NCBI GenBank assembly: GCA_031285625.1
Contig: JAITVV010000071.1
Span: 47,776-111,775 of the forward strand
DNA length: 64,000 nucleotides
From: Prevotella sp.
GTDB taxonomy: Bacteria > Bacteroidota > Bacteroidia > Bacteroidales > Dysgonomonadaceae
Direction of reading: 5' to 3'
Position 1 is the stretch's first letter. Each line of letters starts with the position of its first letter. The position numbers and the translations under genes are program-made. Shown one piece after another: positions 39,898 through 49,715 of the stretch. The notes below the pieces were generated by a model that worked only from the letters and a program-made list of their open reading frames with translations, made no database searches and had not been told where the DNA came from.

Positions 39898-41091
39898 TTA
39901 TCCTAACGTTTCATCGATAATATCGGATGCAACTTCTTTTTTTGATTTCAGGGCGAAGTCTTTTCGCTCACCATTTTTATTCAGGATGGCTATCTTATTG
40001 GTATCGTACTTAAAACCCGCTCCGGCATCATTTAACGAATTAAGTACGATGAAATCGAGATTTTTCTTAACAATCTTTTTCAGAGCATTTGTCTCCTCAT
40101 CATTTGTTTCCAATGCAAAACCGATAAGGGTCTGATTTGCCCTTTTCATTTTGCCAAGTGAAGCTGCAATATCTTTATTGGGAACAAGGGAGATGGTAAA
40201 AAGGTCTTCCCCTCTTTTTACTTTTTCGGCATATTGTTCCGAAGGACGAAAATCTGCAACGGCAGCGCACAAAATTGCTGCATCCATCGAGGAAAACTCT
40301 TTAACGGAGGCATTATACATTTCCTCTGCAGACTCCACATCTATCCTTGTTATATTGGGATGATTAACTTTTAATGAGACAGGACCGGCAACAAGAGTTA
40401 CTTCAGCTCCACGACGGGCACATTCTTCGGCGAGAGCAAACCCCATCTTTCCGGAAGAATAATTGCCGATAAAACGAACAGGATCTATTTTTTCATACGT
40501 AGGTCCCGCCGTTATCAGTATTTTTTTTTTTGATAAGGCTTCTCCCTTTGCAAAGAAATCTTCTACAATGGTCAGTATTTTTTCCGGTTCTTCCATGCGT
40601 CCTTTACCTATAAGGTGGCTTGCCAGTTCTCCGGCGGCCGGTTCAATTATAATATTCCCGTACAAGCGAAGTATTTCCAGATTGCGAACAGTAGCGGGAT
40701 GAGCAAACATATCCAGGTCCATAGCCGGAGCTATCATAACAGGCGCTTTCATCGACATATATGTTGTGATGAGCATGTTGTCAGCCACACCATTTGCCAT
40801 TTTCCCTAATGTAGAAGCGGTAGCCGGAGCTATCAGCATCAGATCAGCCCATTGTCCCAGATCTACATGGCTATGCCATGTTCCGTCATTCGCAGTGAAA
40901 AACTCACTCACTACAGGCTTTCCTGTCAGAGCAGATAAGGTAACAGGGGTAATAAACTCTTTCCCGGCAGGAGTAATAACAATCTGCACCTCTGCACCAG
41001 CCTTTATTAGCAGACGTGCAAGCGATGCTGCTTTATAAGCAGCAATACTACCGGTGATACCTAGTACTATATGTTTATCTTTTAGTGTCAT
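39898..41091 (-). CDS. coaBC: Phosphopantothenoylcysteine decarboxylase/ligase
   Basis: GITGSIAAYK, APAMD and TAGPTYEKIDPVRFIGNYSSGKMG motifs. Confidence 0.97.
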   Translation of the reverse strand: MTLKDKHIVLGITGSIAAYKAASLARLLIKAGAEVQIVITPAGKEFITPVTLSALTGKPVVSEFFTANDGTWHSHVDLGQWADLMLIAPATASTLGKMANGVADNMLITTYMSMKAPVMIAPAMDLDMFAHPATVRNLEILRLYGNIIIEPAAGELASHLIGKGRMEEPEKILTIVEDFFAKGEALSKKKILITAGPTYEKIDPVRFIGNYSSGKMGFALAEECARRGAEVTLVAGPVSLKVNHPNITRIDVESAEEMYNASVKEFSSMDAAILCAAVADFRPSEQYAEKVKRGEDLFTISLVPNKDIAASLGKMKRANQTLIGFALETNDEETNALKKIVKKNLDFIVLNSLNDAGAGFKYDTNKIAILNKNGERKDFALKSKKEVASDIIDETLG

Positions 41092-41224
41092 AAGTTCATA
41101 TTTTAAACAAAGATATATGCATCCTGTATCTAATCAAAACATATTTGGCATAAACAATATTAAATATTTACTTTAAGTAATTGACCAGATAAAAAAGCAA
41201 TTGATATACAATTATTTATGCTGA

Positions 41225-41273
41225 AAAAGTAACAAAAGTAACACATTAAATGAACTTTTTTATTGTTACTTTT
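41225..41273. promoter_or_regulatory. Three-box motif, copy 2
   Basis: AAAAGTAACAAAAGTAACAC...TGTTACTTTT. Confidence 0.6.
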
Positions 41274-41471
41274 TACATTTCATTTTGTATTTATAGCTTC
41301 TATAAGACAAATTTAATTCTTATTTAACAAATAATGCCAATTATTTCAAAATGAAACAAAACTACTAACTTGATGTGTCAATTGCTATAAAATAGCCTAT
41401 TTACGTTGCACATTGAAAATTTATTTATAAATTGCACACCTGAAATTTTAACATTACTATAAACTAATATC

Positions 41472-42932
41472 ATGTCAGAAAATTCTTCAAAAATCAAGTT
41501 TTACAGTGGAGAAGATATTCCATTGGAGTTACACAAAGTTCGTGTTGTTCAAAAATTACATTTAGTTCCTATCGAACGTCGTTTAGAAGCACTATATGAA
41601 GCAGGATTTAACACCTTCAGGCTCGATACCAAAGATGTATTCCTGGATATGCTTACCGACAGCGGTACCAATGCATTAAGTGACCGGCAGATGGGGGCAA
41701 TGATGATTGCAGATGATGCTTATGCAGGCTCACAAAGCTTTGTACGCTACCAAAAAGCCGTTGAAGAAGTTCTGGGTAAAAAATATTTGTTGCCTGTTCA
41801 TCAAGGTCGTGCTGCAGAAAATATTATATCCAATGCATATATCCGTAAAGGTAGCATTGTACCGATGAACTATCACTTTACTACTGCGATGGCACATATT
41901 ACACAATATGGCGGTAAAATCGAAGAATTACTTTATGACGAAGCTTATGTGATAAATAGCAAGCACCCTTTCAAAGGGAATATGAATCTGGAAAAACTGG
42001 AAAAATGCATTAACAAACATGGTGCGGCAAACATTCCTTATATCCGGATGGAAGCCTCTACTAACCTGATAGGCGGACAACCCTTCTCTATCGAAAATTT
42101 TAGAGGGGTACGTGCTATTGCCGATAAATACAAGATTCGCCTGGTATTGGATGCAAGTCTATTGGGTGAGAATGCATGGCTGGTTAAGCAGCGTGAAGAA
42201 GAATTTAAAGACAGCAGCATGGCCGAAATTATTTTAACAATGACTGGCCTGGCTGATTTAGTTTATTTCTCTGCCCGCAAACTAAGTTCGTCTCGTGGCG
42301 GAGGCATTTGTACAAATGATTATGCCATTATGAAAGAGCTGGAACCACTTGTGCCTCTTTTCGAAGGTTTCCTTACATATGGAGGTATGTCGGTTCGTGA
42401 AATTGAAGCTATAGCAGTTGGATTGTATGAAACACTCGACGAAGGGATGATTTGCCAAAGTCCCCAATTTATCGAATATCTGGTCAATTCTTTAGATAAG
42501 AAAGGTGTTCCTATGGTTACTCCGGCAGGAGTCTTGGGTGCACATGTAAATGCAATGGAAGTTTGTGCGCATATTCCGCAATCCGAATATCCTGCAGGTG
42601 CTTTAGCCGCCGCATTCTTCCTTATTTCAGGTATTCGTGGAATGGAAAGAGGATCGGTTTCAAATCAGCGTGATGAATACGGAAATGAAACATATGCGGA
42701 TATGGAGTTGCTTCGGTTGGCTGTTCCGCGCCGTGTATTTACACTGTCGCAAATTAAGTATGTAGAGGACCGTATGACATGGTTATACGATAACCGCAAC
42801 CTGATAGGCGGGCTCAAGTTTGTATACGAACCACCTGTACTCCGTTTCTTTATGGGAGGATTGGAACCTATCAATGACTGGCCACAACAACTAATGGCCA
42901 AATTCAGGGAAGATTTTGGAGATAGTCTGTAA
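41472..42932 (+). CDS. tnaA: Tryptophanase (PLP beta-eliminating lyase, Bacteroides type)
   Basis: DMLTDSGT, HQGRAAE, PLP-lysine FSARK, EGFLTYGG and ELLRLAVPRRVFT motifs. Tyrosine phenol-lyase is not fully excluded. Confidence 0.85.
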   Translation: MSENSSKIKFYSGEDIPLELHKVRVVQKLHLVPIERRLEALYEAGFNTFRLDTKDVFLDMLTDSGTNALSDRQMGAMMIADDAYAGSQSFVRYQKAVEEVLGKKYLLPVHQGRAAENIISNAYIRKGSIVPMNYHFTTAMAHITQYGGKIEELLYDEAYVINSKHPFKGNMNLEKLEKCINKHGAANIPYIRMEASTNLIGGQPFSIENFRGVRAIADKYKIRLVLDASLLGENAWLVKQREEEFKDSSMAEIILTMTGLADLVYFSARKLSSSRGGGICTNDYAIMKELEPLVPLFEGFLTYGGMSVREIEAIAVGLYETLDEGMICQSPQFIEYLVNSLDKKGVPMVTPAGVLGAHVNAMEVCAHIPQSEYPAGALAAAFFLISGIRGMERGSVSNQRDEYGNETYADMELLRLAVPRRVFTLSQIKYVEDRMTWLYDNRNLIGGLKFVYEPPVLRFFMGGLEPINDWPQQLMAKFREDFGDSL

Positions 42933-42950
42933 TCAAGACTTTATAACTTG

Positions 42951-43098
42951 GAGGGTGTCAAAAGTAAAACTGCACTATCAAAGTGCGACCCTCTTTGTCA
43001 TCCTGAGTGCAACGAAGGATCTCGACCCTCCGGACATGAGATGTTTCACTTCGTTCAACATGACAAAAAGATAGCGAAAAATACTTTTGACACACCTC
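42951..43098. mobile_element. Non-autonomous MITE/REP-like element with nested inverted repeats
   Basis: Outer IR GAGG(T)GTGTCAAAAGTA at 42951-42966 and 43082-43098. Inner imperfect palindrome TTTGTCATCCTGAGTGCAACGAAGGATCTC...GAGATGTTTCACTTCGTTCAACATGACAAA. Confidence 0.7.
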
Positions 43099-43102
43099 TT
43101 TT

Positions 43103-44401
43103 TTATTTTAATAAGAACGTTTTGAACTCTTCGAAAGCTTTACTCATGCTAAGGCTTTGTTTCTTACCTTTCATGAATGCTTCTAATTTTTCCGGTATAA
43201 CTACTTTTTCTCCTATTATAGATTCTACGGTCTCCAAAAATTTTGCAGGATGAGCAGTCTCCAGGAATACACCTGTTTCATTTGCTTGCAGCTCATCTTC
43301 CAATGCTGAATAGCCACATGCACCATGCGGATCGAGAAGGTAGCCTGTCTTTTTATATGTATCTTTCACCACTTTACGGATTGTATCATCATCGTACCAT
43401 TTTCCTGAGATATCGCTCTTTATCTTATGCAACGATTTATCATAAAGATCTAATATTCGTACAAAATTGCTCGGATCACCCACATCCATTGCATTTGCTA
43501 TTGTTTGAACAGATGGTCGCGGATTATATTTTCCGGTTTGCAGGTATTCATAGAAAATATCATTGCTGTTATTGGCAGCAATAAATCGTTTTACCGGCAA
43601 TCCCATTCGTTTGGCTATCAATCCTGCTGTTATATTACCAAAGTTGCCGCTAGGAACAGAGAAAACGACATTTTGTGCTTTTCCCTGCTTTAACAGTTGA
43701 GCATATGCATGGAAATAATAAAATGCCTGAGGCAGGAAACGGGCCACATTAATTGAATTAGCTGATGTCAGGTTCAGTTTTTTATTGAGCTCGTCATCCA
43801 GAAAGGCTGTTTTGACCAGAGCCTGACAGTCGTCAAATGTTCCATCTATCTCTATTGCAGTAATGTTCTGTCCCAGTGTGGTAAACTGGCACTCTTGGAT
43901 AGAGCTTACTTTTCCTTTCGGATATAATACATATACATGGATACCTTCAACACCCAGAAAACCATTTGCAACTGCGCTACCTGTATCTCCCGACGTGGCT
44001 ACCAGCACTTTTACATTTTTTTGGCCTTGTTTCTTAATGAAATATCCTAACAAGCGCGCCATAAAACGTCCGCCAACATCTTTGAATGCCAGAGTAGGAC
44101 CATGAAACAATTCAAGGCTGTATATATTATCAGCAACATGCACAACAGGGGTATCGAAGCTTAATGTATCATATACAATTTGTTTCAGAACATCCGTTTC
44201 AATATCTTCACCAAAGAAAGCATCAGCCACGGTATATGCTATTTCCTGAAAACTCATATCACCAATATTCTCATAAAATGATTGTGGCAATGTTTTTATA
44301 TGTTCAGGCATATAAAGGCCTCTGTCAGGTGCTAACCCTTTAACAACTGCTTCCTGCAGTTTCACATCGGCTGCTTGCTTATTTGTGCTGTAGTATTTCA
44401 T
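43103..44401 (-). CDS. thrC: Threonine synthase
   Basis: True start MKYYSTN at 44401; GLAPDRGLYMP, ELFHGPTLAFKD, ATSGDTG and VPSGNFGN motifs. Confidence 0.96.
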   Translation of the reverse strand: MKYYSTNKQAADVKLQEAVVKGLAPDRGLYMPEHIKTLPQSFYENIGDMSFQEIAYTVADAFFGEDIETDVLKQIVYDTLSFDTPVVHVADNIYSLELFHGPTLAFKDVGGRFMARLLGYFIKKQGQKNVKVLVATSGDTGSAVANGFLGVEGIHVYVLYPKGKVSSIQECQFTTLGQNITAIEIDGTFDDCQALVKTAFLDDELNKKLNLTSANSINVARFLPQAFYYFHAYAQLLKQGKAQNVVFSVPSGNFGNITAGLIAKRMGLPVKRFIAANNSNDIFYEYLQTGKYNPRPSVQTIANAMDVGDPSNFVRILDLYDKSLHKIKSDISGKWYDDDTIRKVVKDTYKKTGYLLDPHGACGYSALEDELQANETGVFLETAHPAKFLETVESIIGEKVVIPEKLEAFMKGKKQSLSMSKAFEEFKTFLLK

Positions 44402-44589
44402 ATACGAATAATTATTGGATGGCGAAAATAATAAAATGACAACAATAAACCAACAGAATAGATTTTTATTTAATATTATGGATAATAATAAATCAAATTG
44501 TTCCTGTTTTATTATTCTTCTTTTACATGGAAGAAAAATCAAGTAAAAAGAGTTTAACAAATCAGTATATACTTGTTTTTATAAGCATC

Positions 44590-45537
44590 CTATAGCTTCC
44601 ATCGAAAATACTTTTTTAAAACACGCTTTACATTATCAATGGACACAGTCAGTTTTTTAGGCTTCATAGATTTTCCTGCTATAATAAGTATTACAGCTAA
44701 TAGTATCATTAATATACCTGTGGCCAGCCGCATTGTAAATAATTCACCAAAAACGGTAACTCCTATAATGACTGCAGTAAGTGGCTCCAATGCTCCCATA
44801 ATGGCTGTCGGGGTAGATCCAATAATATGTACAGCTTTCACCATCATTATCAGAGAGATAATAGTAGGAACCAGAGCCAGCATAATTGCCCACATCCACA
44901 TAGAAGGGGTGGTAAGCATGTGTAGATGGTTGGCCTCATTTGTAAATGAGTGGATAATGATTGTGGATACACAAAATAGTAATACATAGAATGTCAGTTT
45001 TACGGACGACATCATCAGTGAGGACTTATTTACTACAATAATATAAATAGCATAAGTGAATGATGATACCATTACTAATATTACACCCAATGTACTTAAA
45101 GTATTTCCCCCTTCGTTTTTGTATAGAAGCACAATTCCTCCTAATGCCAATAGGATGGACAGGACAGTGACAAGAGATATCTTCTCCTTAAAAAATACAG
45201 CCATAATAATGGCAACCATAACAGGATACACAAATAAGATGGTTGAAGCTATTCCGGCATCCATATAATTGAAACTACTGAACAGGCTTAATGAGGAGAC
45301 TCCGAACAGGATACCCAATGGACATAATATCGAAATTTCTTTTTCTGAAACAGAGAAAGATTTCTTTTGTATGAGCATTAATCCTCCAAGAATTATCGCA
45401 GCAAGAGAAAAACGGTAAAATAATACCGAATTGGCATTCATCCCTTCTTTATATAAGGATAATGCTCCAAGAGGATTTGTCCCATAGCTTATAGCCGCGA
45501 CAACACCATATACTACACCCTTAAACTTTGTATCCAT
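44590..45537 (-). CDS. EamA/DMT family transporter
   Basis: About 10 TM helices in two EamA repeats. Confidence 0.9.
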   Translation of the reverse strand: MDTKFKGVVYGVVAAISYGTNPLGALSLYKEGMNANSVLFYRFSLAAIILGGLMLIQKKSFSVSEKEISILCPLGILFGVSSLSLFSSFNYMDAGIASTILFVYPVMVAIIMAVFFKEKISLVTVLSILLALGGIVLLYKNEGGNTLSTLGVILVMVSSFTYAIYIIVVNKSSLMMSSVKLTFYVLLFCVSTIIIHSFTNEANHLHMLTTPSMWMWAIMLALVPTIISLIMMVKAVHIIGSTPTAIMGALEPLTAVIIGVTVFGELFTMRLATGILMILLAVILIIAGKSMKPKKLTVSIDNVKRVLKKYFRWKL

Positions 45538-45720
45538 CAGGAAATTTCAAAGTGCAAAAGTAAATAAATAATTAAGTAATAGTAGAGGCTCTCTTGTTTA
45601 AATATTTAATTTAGATATCAAATATCTATGTTTTGAAGCAATATACCCCAATTTATAATTCTTTTCAATACTTTTGCATAGCAAATTTAAAAATGAACTA
45701 TAAAACCAAACAAGTCAATC

Positions 45721-47076
45721 ATGACCGAAATATTAAGAAAAAAATTAAGTGATTCGAAAGCTGCCCGATGGACAGTCCTGATAGTTATAGCTTTCACTAT
45801 GTTCTGTGCCTATTTTTTGAATGATGTGATGGCACCTTTAATGGAAAAATTAGGAGAAGAATTTGGATGGAACTCTCAAGACTTCGGTACATTCAACTTT
45901 TCATACGGGTGGATCAATGTATGCTTGTTTATGCTTATTTTCGGAGGTATGATTCTGGATAAGATCGGAGTACGTCTGACAGGTATCGGATCATGTATCT
46001 TTATGATTATCGGAGCTGCCATCCAATATTATTCAGTAGGAGAATTCGTCGTTTTTGAAGGAACTATATTTGGTCTGAAGATGCAATTATTTGTGGCATG
46101 TATTGGTTTTGCTATTTTCGCTTTTGGACTTGAAATGGCAGGCATTACTGTTACGAAAACGATTGTCCGGTGGTTTAAGGGATATGAAATTGCATTGGCA
46201 ATGGGCTTGCAGGTTGCCATTGCCCGCATGGGAATGGGACTTGCATATCTGATAACTCTTCCTTTAGCTAACAGATTAGGGCTTTCTACTCCTATTCTGG
46301 TCGGATTACTGGCACTTTGCATAGGACTGATAGCTTATCTGGCTTTCTGTGTAATGGATAAAAAACTGGATGCTTCGATGGAAGGAGAAGAAGTTTCGGA
46401 TGAGGATAAATTTAAATTCTCGGATATCCTGTATATTGTAAAGAATAAAGGTTTCTGGTTAATAACACTTCTTTGCCTGTTGTTTTACTCTGCCGTCTTT
46501 CCATTCATGAAATTTGCAGTTTCATTTATGAAAAATAAATATCATATCGATGATGATTTTGCAGGGATTATCCCTTTCATGCTACCAGTAGGCGCGATCT
46601 TTCTTACCCCTTTGTTTGGTGGTATTTATGATAAAAAAGGAAAAGGAGCGACAATTATGATTCTCGGGGCCGTCTTATTGATTGGCGTTCATTTCTTATT
46701 CTCCATACCTATGCTTGATCATTGGCTGATTGCGGCAATATTAATGATTATATTAGGTATTGCTTTTTCCCTTGTTCCATCGGCTATGTGGCCTTCTGTT
46801 CCTAAAATTATACCTGAAAATAAGCTGGGAACAGCATACGGACTTATTTTCTGGGTGCAAAACATAGGGTTAAGCGGAGTACCTCTCCTAATAGGTAATA
46901 TCTTAAGTAAATATGTGATCGGCCATACAGATAAGGGTGCTGAAATTTATAATTATACAGTCCCAATGATTGTATTTACATGTTTTGGAGTATTGTCACT
47001 TATTGTTGCTTTATTGCTGAAAAGAGAAGATAAGAAAAAAGGATATGGGCTCGAACAGCCAAATGTCAAAAGATAA
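45721..47076 (+). CDS. MFS transporter
   Basis: About 12 TM helices; GGMILDKIGVR motif A. Confidence 0.9.
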   Translation: MTEILRKKLSDSKAARWTVLIVIAFTMFCAYFLNDVMAPLMEKLGEEFGWNSQDFGTFNFSYGWINVCLFMLIFGGMILDKIGVRLTGIGSCIFMIIGAAIQYYSVGEFVVFEGTIFGLKMQLFVACIGFAIFAFGLEMAGITVTKTIVRWFKGYEIALAMGLQVAIARMGMGLAYLITLPLANRLGLSTPILVGLLALCIGLIAYLAFCVMDKKLDASMEGEEVSDEDKFKFSDILYIVKNKGFWLITLLCLLFYSAVFPFMKFAVSFMKNKYHIDDDFAGIIPFMLPVGAIFLTPLFGGIYDKKGKGATIMILGAVLLIGVHFLFSIPMLDHWLIAAILMIILGIAFSLVPSAMWPSVPKIIPENKLGTAYGLIFWVQNIGLSGVPLLIGNILSKYVIGHTDKGAEIYNYTVPMIVFTCFGVLSLIVALLLKREDKKKGYGLEQPNVKR

Positions 47077-47082
47077 AATCAG

Positions 47083-47112
47083 AATCCGGTTCCTAAAACA
47101 ACCGGATTTTTT
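47083..47112 (+). terminator. Intrinsic terminator
   Basis: AATCCGGTT/AACCGGATT stem followed by T-tract. Confidence 0.7.
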
Positions 47113-47206
47113 ATAAATAATAATACAGAATCAACACTTTAGTAATTGTAACTTTATTTATGCAATTTTCTCTATATAATACAGATAATTAGCATATTAT
47201 ATCTAT

Positions 47207-47258
47207 AAAGGTTACATTTGAAAAACAGCCTTAAAAGTGTTACTTTTGTTACCTTTGC
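47207..47258 (+). promoter_or_regulatory. Three-box motif, copy 3, overlapping the -7 box (TACCTTTG) of the POT transporter promoter
   Basis: AAAGGTTACA...GTGTTACTTTTGTTACCTTTGC; TTTG at 47217-47220. Confidence 0.65.
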
Positions 47259-47298
47259 AGCTTACAGGCTGATTATAAATAAAATAACAAAATCAGGA

Positions 47299-49059
47299 AT
47301 GGCATCAGAAATAAACACCGCTCCAAAAGGACACCCTAAAGGTATATATCTGCTTTTTGCAACTGAGATGTGGGAACGTTTCAGCTATTATGGTATGCGG
47401 GCATTATTCTCTTTGTATATGCTCAACGCCTTATTGTTCGATAAGGCATATAGCGGACAAATATATGGAAGTTATACAGGGCTGGTTTATCTGACTCCAC
47501 TGATTGGAGGCTATGTTGCAGACCGCTATTGGGGCAACAGGCGTTCGATAATAGCAGGTGCTTTGCTGATGGCAATCGGCCAGTTTCTTTTATTCCTTTC
47601 AGGTTGCTTTTTTGAAAATGTAGATACAGCTACAATGCTGATGTTTTTAGGGCTTGGATTCCTCATTTTTGGTAATGGCTTTTTCAAACCCAATATTTCA
47701 TCGATGGTGGGACAATTGTATGTTCCGGGTGATAGCCGTAAAGACTCAGCATATACTATATTTTATATGGGAGTGAATACGGGTTCGTTTATAGCTCCTT
47801 TGATCTGTGGTTTCTTTGGTGATACAGGGCATCCTGCCGATTTCCGGTGGGGATTTCTGGCGGCATGTATTGGTATGCTGCTTGGTATGGTAACATTCAT
47901 CCTGTTCAAAGACAAATATCTGCTTACACCATCGGGTGAAGCAATAGGTGTGACTCCCAACAGTAAAGATATTAACAAAATAAAAAAGGAAAATCCTGTT
48001 GAGGGTATATCTGAAAGTAATAAAAAATCAAGCCTTAGATTGATATTGATTTGGGGAGCAATCTGGATAATTTTATTCTATCTGCTCTATGCGGTACTGG
48101 ATACAGATGTGATTGGCTCTATTATTTTCTCATTAACGGTTGTTGCGCCCGGATATATTATCTCAGATCCATCATTAACTAAGATAGAGCGCTCACGTAT
48201 CTGGGTGATCTATATTATAGCCTTTTTCGTTATTTTCTTTTGGGCTGCATTCGAACAGGCCGGGGCTTCACTCACCTATTTTGCCGAAGAGCAGACTGAC
48301 AGGCATATCGGACTATTCGGCTGGACTGTTCCTACATCGTATTTTCAGTCGGTAAATGCCCTTTCCATCATTGTTTTTGCTCCTGTATTTGTTATAATTT
48401 GGACAAAATTGAATAAGAAAGGGAAAGAACCTGCTTCACCGCTTAAGCAGTCAATCGGATTATTCCTGTTAGCACTGGGCTATCTTGTTATTGCTTTTGG
48501 TGTAAAGGGACTGGCTCCCGGTATGAAAGTAAGTATGCTGTGGCTGGTTAGCTTATATGTAATTCATACTTTCGGTGAACTGTGCCTATCCCCTATCGGC
48601 TTATCGATGGTAAACAAACTGGCACCTTTGCGTTTTGCATCCCTGCTAATGGCTGTATGGTATCTGAGTACCGCTGCAGCAAATAAGTTTGCCGGAACAC
48701 TAAGCGGCTATTATCCTCAGCCGATAATAGAACTGGCACTGGTACAATCAGCCGAAAAAGATAATTCATTAACATTACTCCCTAAAGACTTTGAGGAATC
48801 GGTAATGGAAAAAGATGGAGCGGCTGTTATTCCATTTGATAAAATCACATTCTCTAAGATAGAAGACAAAACGCTTAAAAGCCATATACAAAACAGCCTG
48901 GAAAAACAGCAACTGGAAAATCCGAAAACTTTTATGGGTTACCGGATCTCCAATTTATACGATTTCTTTATGTTGTTTGTGTTTATGGCAGGAGCAGCCT
49001 CAGTCATTCTCTTCTTCCTGTCAAGAAGGTTACTGAAGATGATGCATGGTATAAAATAG
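47299..49059 (+). CDS. POT/PTR-family proton-dependent oligopeptide transporter
   Basis: EMWERFSYYGMR, GGYVADRYWG, FYMGVNTGSF and GELCLSPIG motifs; likely start MASEIN at 47299. Confidence 0.93.
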   Translation: MASEINTAPKGHPKGIYLLFATEMWERFSYYGMRALFSLYMLNALLFDKAYSGQIYGSYTGLVYLTPLIGGYVADRYWGNRRSIIAGALLMAIGQFLLFLSGCFFENVDTATMLMFLGLGFLIFGNGFFKPNISSMVGQLYVPGDSRKDSAYTIFYMGVNTGSFIAPLICGFFGDTGHPADFRWGFLAACIGMLLGMVTFILFKDKYLLTPSGEAIGVTPNSKDINKIKKENPVEGISESNKKSSLRLILIWGAIWIILFYLLYAVLDTDVIGSIIFSLTVVAPGYIISDPSLTKIERSRIWVIYIIAFFVIFFWAAFEQAGASLTYFAEEQTDRHIGLFGWTVPTSYFQSVNALSIIVFAPVFVIIWTKLNKKGKEPASPLKQSIGLFLLALGYLVIAFGVKGLAPGMKVSMLWLVSLYVIHTFGELCLSPIGLSMVNKLAPLRFASLLMAVWYLSTAAANKFAGTLSGYYPQPIIELALVQSAEKDNSLTLLPKDFEESVMEKDGAAVIPFDKITFSKIEDKTLKSHIQNSLEKQQLENPKTFMGYRISNLYDFFMLFVFMAGAASVILFFLSRRLLKMMHGIK

Positions 49060-49079
49060 GATTAGTAAATAATATCGAT

Positions 49080-49577
49080 ATGAGAAAAATTGCATTTCAT
49101 CCTATTGTAAGCGAAAAGTCACGAGTATTGATCCTTGGCACAATGCCCAGTGAAGAATCTATCCGTAAACAGGAAAGATACGGGCACAAGAGCAATCAAT
49201 TCTGGAAAATTATATTTGCGTTGTTCGAAAAGCCATTACCCGAAAGTTATGCAGAAAAGAATGCTTTACTTACAGAATACAACATTGCAATATGGGATGT
49301 CTTGGAATCCTGTGAAGGAAAGGGTAGTCTGGATAGCAACATTAAGAATGAGATACCAAACGATTTCAAAAAATTCTTCGCCCAATATCCTCAAATTGAG
49401 TATGTATTCTTTACAAGTAAGAAAGCTGAAGAATTCTATAGAAAATACGTTGGATTCGACGAAAAGAGACAATTCGTAACTCTTCCGTCTCCTAGTCCCG
49501 CTAATGCGCGTATGACATTGACAGATAAGATCGAAAAATGGAAAATACTGGCAGATGTTGTTAATTCATTTTCTTAA
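49080..49577 (+). CDS. DNA-deoxyinosine glycosylase (UDG superfamily)
   Basis: LILGTMP, NQFW, IAIWDV and LPSPSPANA motifs. Confidence 0.88.
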   Translation: MRKIAFHPIVSEKSRVLILGTMPSEESIRKQERYGHKSNQFWKIIFALFEKPLPESYAEKNALLTEYNIAIWDVLESCEGKGSLDSNIKNEIPNDFKKFFAQYPQIEYVFFTSKKAEEFYRKYVGFDEKRQFVTLPSPSPANARMTLTDKIEKWKILADVVNSFS

Positions 49578-49715
49578 GACCTGAAATCTTAAGAATGAAC
49601 GAAAAGTTATCTTAAAAGACAAAGACTTAATTTTTTCATTTGGAATAGGGATATTTCCAATTTTATGTCTCTTTATAATTATAAGGTAATTAATCAACAT
49701 TTAATAAACTAACGT

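Noticed and set aside
41280-41471. Possible tnaC-like leader peptide before tnaA
   Set aside because: No credible Trp-containing short ORF was found, and the putative -7 box lies only ~40 nt before the tnaA ATG.
42948-43253. 101-aa ORF from the track
   Set aside because: It is a translation of the MITE-like palindrome and the antisense strand of thrC.
44402-44560. N-terminal extension of ThrC in the ORF track; similar extensions at 47218, 52699, 53347 and 58295
   Set aside because: The extensions run through AT-rich promoter DNA, and homolog-like starts lie downstream (44401, 47299, 52711, 53407, 58235).
49571-49631. Four CTTAA boxes upstream of the porin-like gene
   Set aside because: Spacing is irregular and the first two form a terminator-like hairpin. 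The motif is too short to be significant in AT-rich DNA.
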